This document shows, piece after piece, positions 8,096 through 13,537 of a stretch of 13,537 bases of DNA; the first letter of the stretch is position 1, and the number at the start of each line of letters is the position of its first letter. The DNA is from a virus. The translations under genes were made by a program, and so were the position numbers. Below the pieces are notes generated by a model. It worked only from the letters and a program-made list of their open reading frames with translations, was not told the DNA's origin and searched no databases. The stretch lies in the IMG/VR virus record IMGVR_UViG_3300012662_000073, positions 1 through 13,537 of that record; one strand, given 5' to 3'.

Positions 8096-11000
8096 TATAA
8101 ACTAATTGTTATATCATCTGTTCCAGCAGTTATCTGGAAACGTCTAATTACTGTTCCTCGTCTATTTATCAACTGTATTTCAAATGCTTCATTTCTCGGT
8201 CCGTATATCAATCAAGATTTATTAAAATCATCAAACGAGTAAGTGTATCTATCATCCTCACTAACTACACTCATTCACATTGTATCAAGAGTAAGTAAGT
8301 TTTCAATCACTTTTATATTTCTTGCTTTACTTGGGTTCGGGAGCGTCTCCATTCTAAACGATTGTGTGTATTTATATAACCTGCTAGTAAACGTCCAATA
8401 TGCTACTTCACTATGTCAAGTATCATTTATGCTTGTTTGTGCAGTAATCTCTGTAGTACCAGCATCTCCACTAGTTATATCTGGTTCAAGATATTGTGAA
8501 TCACTTTCTACCGTTCAACTATCAGCAGCAAGGAGAGTCCCTTCATATTGTCCACTATCATATCTGGTTGTTAACGGACTCAGAGTAAATCCATATGTAT
8601 AATCTGGTTGTCCATTTGTATATGCATTTATATCATTTACTCGTATAAACTCAAATTGTTGTGGTTCTTTACTTTCCGGAGAGTAATCGTTTGCCTTATT
8701 TAAGATATAAACTGTATTATCAATCAAATAAAACGAGTTCAAATCAATTTCATCAAGTAATGCTCAACAAGTAAGCTTTCTTGTGTTCTCGTTAAAGAGA
8801 TCATTATAATATTCTTTATTAAACCTGTTATAAATGCATTTATCGTCTGTGTATTCAACTCCTGGTATAAATCATTCTTTTGGTCATCCTAAATCAAGAC
8901 TATCTGTTACTTGGTTGTCATTAATCAAATAACTAGAGTAACTCGGTATTTTATCAAGCTTGTATGCAATTCGTTCACCAGCCTTGTTATATTCGCTTGT
9001 AGTGTACAAAAAGCATCTTTCTTCATTCAGATCAAACATTTCTTGTGTATCATCAGATAACCAGTATATCTGTGGAGTATCGAAATATCCGTTATAAAAG
9101 ACTAAGCTTGCTTTAAAATCACTAGTGGACTTACTTTTATCAAAGAAACAAGGCTTGTAATTGCTATCCTGTCCAGCGAGTATTCCTCAATCACTAATCT
9201 TATTTATATATTCCGAACCATATAAAGTCTGTGTTGTGGAGTCATCTTTTGTCTTAAAAAGAGTTCATTCACAATTATCAACCAAGAAACAAGGTTGTTC
9301 AGTAGATCCCTTAAAATAACTTCGATAATATTTACTGGAGTCTCTTGCCGTTATTGCTTGTTGGAAAACATTATCACTCAGTAATTCATTTATATCACTG
9401 TTAAATTCATATCCAGTGTCAATTCGTTGTTGTCCGTATTCTATATTATATCTATTCTTATATTTGCTTGCGTAATATGTTTCCGGAGTCTCCAGTTTCA
9501 TTAAATATCATTTCTTATCAAATAACAAGGGTTCAATCGTAATCTCTTTCGAGTAGTCTATTTTGCCTGTTATATCAATAATATTTCTTTTAAAGAAACT
9601 ATTTCTCGATTTTATGTTAATCTCATTATTAACTCGATCTATCTCAAAATATAATCCAAAGAGTTTCGCATAACTAATCAAATAATCAGCAGCAGAGTCT
9701 TCTGTAGTAAGCAATTTCTTTTTGGTAATCAATGTGTTTGTTCCAACCGTATAATCAGACTTGATTGTTATCGAGCTTGTTTGTGCAGTAAAGTTCATTT
9801 CACCAGCATATCCAGAACCAATCTCAATTTCATCTTTTGTAGGATAAAGTTTTGTAACCCTTTCACTATAAAAAACGGAGTACCAACTTGCTTTCACAAC
9901 AATTTTAACACTGTCAGCAGGTTTCACCAAATCAGTAATTGTAAGATGTATCGTTTTATCAAATTTAAAAGTATCTCCAGACTTTATAAAAGCACCATCC
10001 ATTAAAGTACTGTTTGCATCTGTTTCAGGAGTATATCCCATTCAGTTATTCGGTTGTGGTGTCTTGCTGTCACTCAGTCTGTTTGTAATATTATAAATAT
10101 TCGAGTAGCCAACAATTTTATTATTATCATCAAGTAACTGTACTTGTAATGCAATTGAACCACCAGCAGTACTAACTATATTACCTCTTTCAAAAGTAGC
10201 AGCCATATAAAGAGTATTATCCGAGATTTCATCATCTGGTTGGAAATTAATGTCAATCGGTATATCAATATCAATTGTACTATCATTCGAGTAACCAGAT
10301 AAATCAATTGTCTCAGAACCATCCTTTTTAAAAGGAAATGTGTTATCCGGTAGAGAACTATTTATATTTCCGAGATCACTTGTTATTTCGCTTGTAGATT
10401 CATTTCCAGATTCACTTTCTTGATCAGCACCAAGTAACGGTAGAGTAATATAAGATTGTTCCCAATAAGGATTTTTTGGACTAAATCAGCTTGGATCGAG
10501 ATTCACTTGATATCCTGTATTGTCTTTATTTAAAATCGCCTTAAAAAGCTCTTTAAGCCTCAATGCAGGTCTTTGTTTGTAAGATCGTAAATCTCGTATT
10601 TCCCATTCCGTATAAGATTCATTCAGTTTGGCTAATCCATATCCGTTATATAATTTATATTCTCCATTCACACTAGGGAAACTAGTTCCAGATTGATTCA
10701 CTAAACAAGAACTTGTATCAAACTCTTCATATAATCCGTTATATGCAGGTATAAACTTTAATAAACTATGTAAACCATCTTCAGATCCATTAAAAGAGTC
10801 ATAAACCCATTCTTTATTTATGCTAAACCTAAAATAAGTATCATCATCACTTGTATAAGTAATATCAGCAAGTGTTCTTGTGGAGCCATCTTCTTTATAT
10901 CTAAGATTGTAAAAGAAATCACCAAGCAAACCATATAAGTTAATATTATATGCTCGCTTGGTAATGCTAGTCAGTTGCATATATCCTCTTTCAAATAAAC

Positions 11001-11250
11001 AACCGTTTCTAAGTATAACGAAATCAACTCTCTTTCTTGGATTGAAAGTCTGTTCTGTTTGTTGTCTATCTAATCTGTATATATCATCAAAAATCTTGTT
11101 GTTGTTATCTGTTCTCGGTATTTCTATGCTAACCGAGTAAGGATTCTTTATTGCTGTTGGATTGTATATCTCCAATTGGCTATAAGTCATTCCGAGAGAT
11201 ATATCATCATTCAGATCAACTTTCTTGTTATTTATATATAATTCTACCAT
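8095..11250 (-). CDS. Large tail/baseplate protein (host-recognition candidate), 1051 aa, with twelve in-frame TGA codons
   Basis: The gene runs from ATG 11250 to TAA 8097..8095, which overlaps the next ATG as TAATG. Hand translation shows a single open frame through TGA at 10486, 10042, 9508, 9265, 9187, 8884, 8872, 8764, 8515, 8416, 8275 and 8212. This joins track fragments 10486..11250, 9508..10041, 9265..9501 and 8515..8742 with the untracked stretches between them. The composition is beta-rich (N/Y/T/S/D), typical of fibre and baseplate proteins. Confidence 0.6.
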
Positions 11251-12068
11251 CGAAATTGTGTTCTAGCGGATTTCAAAGTAAGTTCAAGCCTACTAAATCT
11301 CTTTTTAAAATCATAACTAGTTGTATCAATTAAAACTGGCTCAATAATGTTTTTATCTAGACTGTGTAAGTAAACTTTTGGACTATTTAACAAGTGATGT
11401 ATATTCTCCTTGTTAATTGTATAACCAGTAACAACGTCATAACTGTTTGTAAACTCAGTTAAGTACCTCCTTGTAAGAGTATCATCCAAGTAATCATAAT
11501 TCGTTTTGTTCTCAGATTTATTTGCTTTCACAAGTAAACTATCTCAACCACCAAACTCGTTCAAGTAATATATTGCGTAATCACCACAACTCATTTTGTA
11601 TTTAAACTCTTGAAACGTACTAGTAAACGAAATATTTCCAGTAGTCTTTTGTGAATAAACGTTTGCTTCATTACTAGCAGGTAACGCAGTACCATTTATT
11701 TTCGGATTCACATCTTTCAAGTAAGAGAAAATCAAATATTGTCTTGCATCATATAAATCATCAATCGGAGCAGAAATATATGTTGCATCACTATCTGTAT
11801 ATTCTTGATTGTTTGTTATATAATCATCTATTCCAGTTGATGTTTCAAAATATCTTTTCCAGTTAACTAAGCCTTGTGTTTGTTTCGGGAGATCTCCAGA
11901 GTCTATATATTTCTTTATAAGATCGTTTATTTTAACGCTTATCTTACCGGTGTTTGGATTTCTCCAAGCTTTTCCAGTAAAAACTGTTTCATCATCTATT
12001 TTAATTCAGTAGTCTGTGTATTCTTTATTAACTACTTGTTCATCTATTATTGGATAACCTATATTCAT
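11244..12068 (-). CDS. Tail-associated structural protein, 274 aa, with two in-frame TGA codons
   Basis: The gene runs from ATG 12068 to TAG 11246..11244, overlapping the next ATG by 7 nt (ATGGTAG). The TGA codons are at 12006 (..TDY-TGA-IKIDD..) and 11544 (..YYLNEFGG-TGA-DSLLV..). It joins track fragments 11544..11735 and 11244..11531. Confidence 0.55.
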
Positions 12069-12484
12069 ATCGAGTCTATCAATTTATTTGTTTGTATATC
12101 TATTTCTTTATCAAGGTTCGGTTCTATTATATCTAACGACCTTTCTAAGATGTGTTTGCCAGGTATGCCTTTCTTAGCAATGCTCTTTGCAATTGCTCAA
12201 CTAAGATTTCTTTCTAAGGGCAAGTGTTTGTTTTTTATCCAATTCTCTATAAGAGCAATCGGAGGTTGTTTTCCAGGTAATCGACCATTCTCTATATATT
12301 CGTAATAATCAGCAATTGATAATCAAACCGATCAATTATCCGATTGCTCTTGTGTAGTAACACTAAGACTGTTTGAAAGATTTCCAGTTGTGTTAATATT
12401 CTCTTTATTTAACAATTCTCTGTAAGAGTTTATAAATTCTTCTCCAGAGTGTTCTAAAACTGTATCTAAATCAAGTCTATTCAT
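12059..12484 (-). CDS. Hypothetical virion or assembly protein, 141 aa, with four in-frame TGA codons
   Basis: The gene runs from ATG 12484, overlapping the upstream wHTH stop by 8 nt (ATGAATAG), to TAG 12061..12059. The TGA codons are at 12332, 12323, 12197 and 12065. It is invisible in the standard-code track because the first TGA comes after 50 codons. The product reads MNRLDLDTVLEHSGEEFINSYRELL...ADYYEYIENGRLPGKQPPIALIENWIKNKHLPL... Confidence 0.5.
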
Positions 12485-13169
12485 CCTTTTGTTTTTTTAA
12501 TAATCCGGAAATCATTTTGTCATATATCTCGTTTGCTTTCGGGATAATATAAAGTTGATTTTCATAAAACCAACTTGCTTGTTTATAAAGCTTGCTAGTA
12601 GGATCACCCGTAGTAAGGATCATATTCAATTCATTCATTCTATTATCCGAAAGATGCGTTGTAGCGAAAATTGGGAAATACTCTCCAGATAAAGCATAGC
12701 CGTCATCAACCACTGTTATAATGCCCGATTCAATTAAACGCTTCTTGTAAGAGAAATAGGCAGTTCTTCCTATTTGGAGATGCTTTATAATATCGTTATC
12801 CGAGTACTTTATTTGGTTTGTTCCATTAATTCTTAATTCGGCTAGTTTAATTGCCAATACTCCCAATTCTTTGTATTGTAGGATAGCGTTCATACAAACT
12901 ACATAATACTTCGGTTTGACAATTATATAGTCCACATATTTTCTTCCGTTTACAAAGCGGTACTCCTTTCTTATATAGCCATCTTTTTGAAATTGATTTG
13001 TCATTCTAGTAACGACATCTGCTTTCTTTATTCCGGTAAGTTCCATTATCTTTCCTCGGCTTATGTGGCTGACTTTTGAGTCGCTATTCATCATAATTAG
13101 CGCAAGCACATAATCCTCTTTTAAGAGGTAACATCTCTTGGTTGGCATTACAAAATAATTTTTATTCAT
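12477..13169 (-). CDS. Winged-helix DNA-binding protein, paralog B (replication-initiator-like or operon regulator), 230 aa
   Basis: Intact ORF from ATG 13169 to TAG 12479..12477. The N-terminal pattern KNYFVMPTKRCYLLKEDYVLALIMM..ISRGKIMELTGIKKADVVTRMTNQFQKDGYI resembles RepA_N / DnaD-type wHTH initiators from memory. It has a second HTH-like segment (DIIKHLQIGRTAYFSYKKRLIESGII), no TGA and one TGG. Confidence 0.6.
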   Translation of the reverse strand: MNKNYFVMPTKRCYLLKEDYVLALIMMNSDSKVSHISRGKIMELTGIKKADVVTRMTNQFQKDGYIRKEYRFVNGRKYVDYIIVKPKYYVVCMNAILQYKELGVLAIKLAELRINGTNQIKYSDNDIIKHLQIGRTAYFSYKKRLIESGIITVVDDGYALSGEYFPIFATTHLSDNRMNELNMILTTGDPTSKLYKQASWFYENQLYIIPKANEIYDKMISGLLKKQKDE

Positions 13170-13183
13170 AAAATTTCATTGAT

Positions 13184-13198
13184 GGAAACTCGGTTTCC
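13184..13198. promoter_or_regulatory. Inverted repeat GGAAAC-TCG-GTTTCC, 15 nt upstream of the paralog B start (operator or RNA hairpin candidate)
   Basis: Perfect 6-bp arms read directly from the sequence. The same half-site recurs at 13363..13386 and 5164..5196. Confidence 0.4.
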
Positions 13199-13201
13199 TA
13201 T

Positions 13202-13230
13202 TATAGATAGTTTATATATAGATAGTTTAT
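13202..13230. repeat. Tandem direct repeat TATAGATAGTTTAT x2 (period 15 bp)
   Basis: The copies at 13202..13215 and 13217..13230 are identical. A TATAAT hexamer on the minus strand (13202..13207) lies at the downstream edge. Confidence 0.6.
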
Positions 13231-13234
13231 TGAT

Positions 13235-13276
13235 ACCCCTTTTTCGGTACCACCCTAACCCCTTTTTCGGTACCAC
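13235..13276. repeat. 19-bp direct repeat ACCCCTTTTTCGGTACCAC x2 (period 23 bp), iteron- or operator-like
   Basis: The copies at 13235..13253 and 13258..13276 are identical. They lie between a terminator and the wHTH paralog B gene. Confidence 0.65.
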
Positions 13277-13289
13277 TTGTGTAGGTTAT

Positions 13290-13320
13290 TAAAAAACAGC
13301 GAGTTAGCTAGACCCGCTGT
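13290..13320 (-). terminator. Rho-independent terminator
   Basis: The minus strand reads ACAGCGGGTCTAGCTAACTCGCTGT followed by TTTTT. The stem is 6 perfect bp (13296..13301 / 13315..13320), extendable to about 10 bp with one G-U pair. Confidence 0.6.
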
Positions 13321-13322
13321 TC

Positions 13323-13340
13323 CAATGAAATTCAATGAAA
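13323..13340. repeat. Tandem CAATGAAA x2 (period 10 bp)
   Basis: The copies are at 13323..13330 and 13333..13340. An inverted copy (ATTTCATTG) sits at 13173..13181 next to the paralog B start. Confidence 0.4.
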
Positions 13341-13362
13341 ACTATCTAATCTTTTATTTAAC

Positions 13363-13386
13363 GGAAAGTCTCGAAAGAGAGTTTCC
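13363..13386. promoter_or_regulatory. Inverted repeat GGAAAGTCTC-GAAA-GAGAGTTTCC (9 of 10 bp)
   Basis: Read directly from the sequence. The loop is GAAA on the plus strand and UUUC on the minus strand. It shares the GGAAA/TTTCC arms with 13184..13198 and GAGAGTTTC with 2958..2966. Confidence 0.4.
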
Positions 13387-13455
13387 TATTATTATATCTA
13401 TTCTATATACAATAACTATGCCAAACTAGTTTTTCGGAATATTGGCAGTTATTTT

Positions 13456-13537
13456 TTAGAAGGAAATTTCAAACTGTCCATCATTTACATTAACCTCCTG
13501 TTTATCAACAAGTAAGCCATTTAGTTTACTTTGTTCG
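13456..13537 (-). CDS. 3' end of an upstream gene (...EQSKLNGLLVDKQEVNVNDGQFEISF), entering from beyond the right edge
   Basis: The frame is open from the window edge to TAA 13458..13456. It is followed by a hairpin (TGCCAA 13419..13424 / TTGGCA 13442..13447) and then the 13290..13320 terminator. Confidence 0.35.
   Translation of the reverse strand, partial: EQSKLNGLLVDKQEVNVNDGQFEISF

Noticed and set aside
3031-12484. Whether the fragmented minus-strand ORFs are pseudogenes or reflect sequencing errors.
   Set aside because: All 27 interruptions are the same codon (TGA) and none involves a frameshift or TAA/TAG. The merged products have intact motifs on both sides of the interruptions, for example the terminase ATPase and nuclease halves. 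Decay would give mixed stops and indels.
3031-12484. Whether the in-frame TGA codons encode selenocysteine.
   Set aside because: There are 27 sites in structural, terminase and tail proteins, up to 12 in one gene. They sit in aromatic-type contexts, and I saw no consistent downstream SECIS-like hairpins. That is incompatible with known Sec usage.
13245-13256. The minus strand reads AGGGTGGTACCG, matching 12 of 14 positions of the T-box riboswitch core (AGGGUGGNACCGCG).
   Set aside because: The match arises at the junction of the 19-bp tandem repeat. A strong terminator lies immediately upstream where Stem I and the specifier loop should be. No antiterminator/terminator pair follows, and the downstream gene is not related to aminoacylation. 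It is most likely coincidental.
13202-13340. Whether the direct repeats upstream of paralog B form a CRISPR-like array.
   Set aside because: Each repeat type has only two copies, separated by 1-4 bp with no spacer-sized unique segments. These are iteron- or operator-type tandem repeats, not a CRISPR array.

Overview
This window is a tightly packed structural and packaging region of a tailed dsDNA phage or prophage. It is AT-rich, and every credible gene is on the minus strand. The main result is that TGA is not a stop codon here. All 27 interruptions that fragment the minus-strand ORF track are in-frame TGA codons, and the reading frame continues unchanged across each one. Every true gene end I could read is TAA or TAG. 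Reading TGA as sense (most likely Trp, table 4-like) merges 19 fragments into six long genes: large terminase (3031..4230), a DUF5675-like protein (4233..4667), a 962-aa tape-measure-like protein (5207..8095), a 1051-aa tail protein (8095..11250), a 274-aa tail protein (11244..12068) and a 141-aa protein (12059..12484). The head operon (wHTH protein, XkdF-like protease, scaffold-like protein, major capsid protein; 77..2649) and a second, paralogous wHTH gene (12477..13169) contain no TGA and use only TGG for Trp. Three noncoding islands interrupt the otherwise overlapping genes. Two lie upstream of the wHTH paralogs and share an architecture of terminator, tandem repeats, TATATA and hairpin. 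The third is a ~540-nt stop-dense gap (4668..5206) bracketed by terminator-like hairpins, which could be an ncRNA or a long leader. Functional calls rest on motif recognition by eye, and no database search was possible. Coordinates of the merged genes were checked by hand translation.
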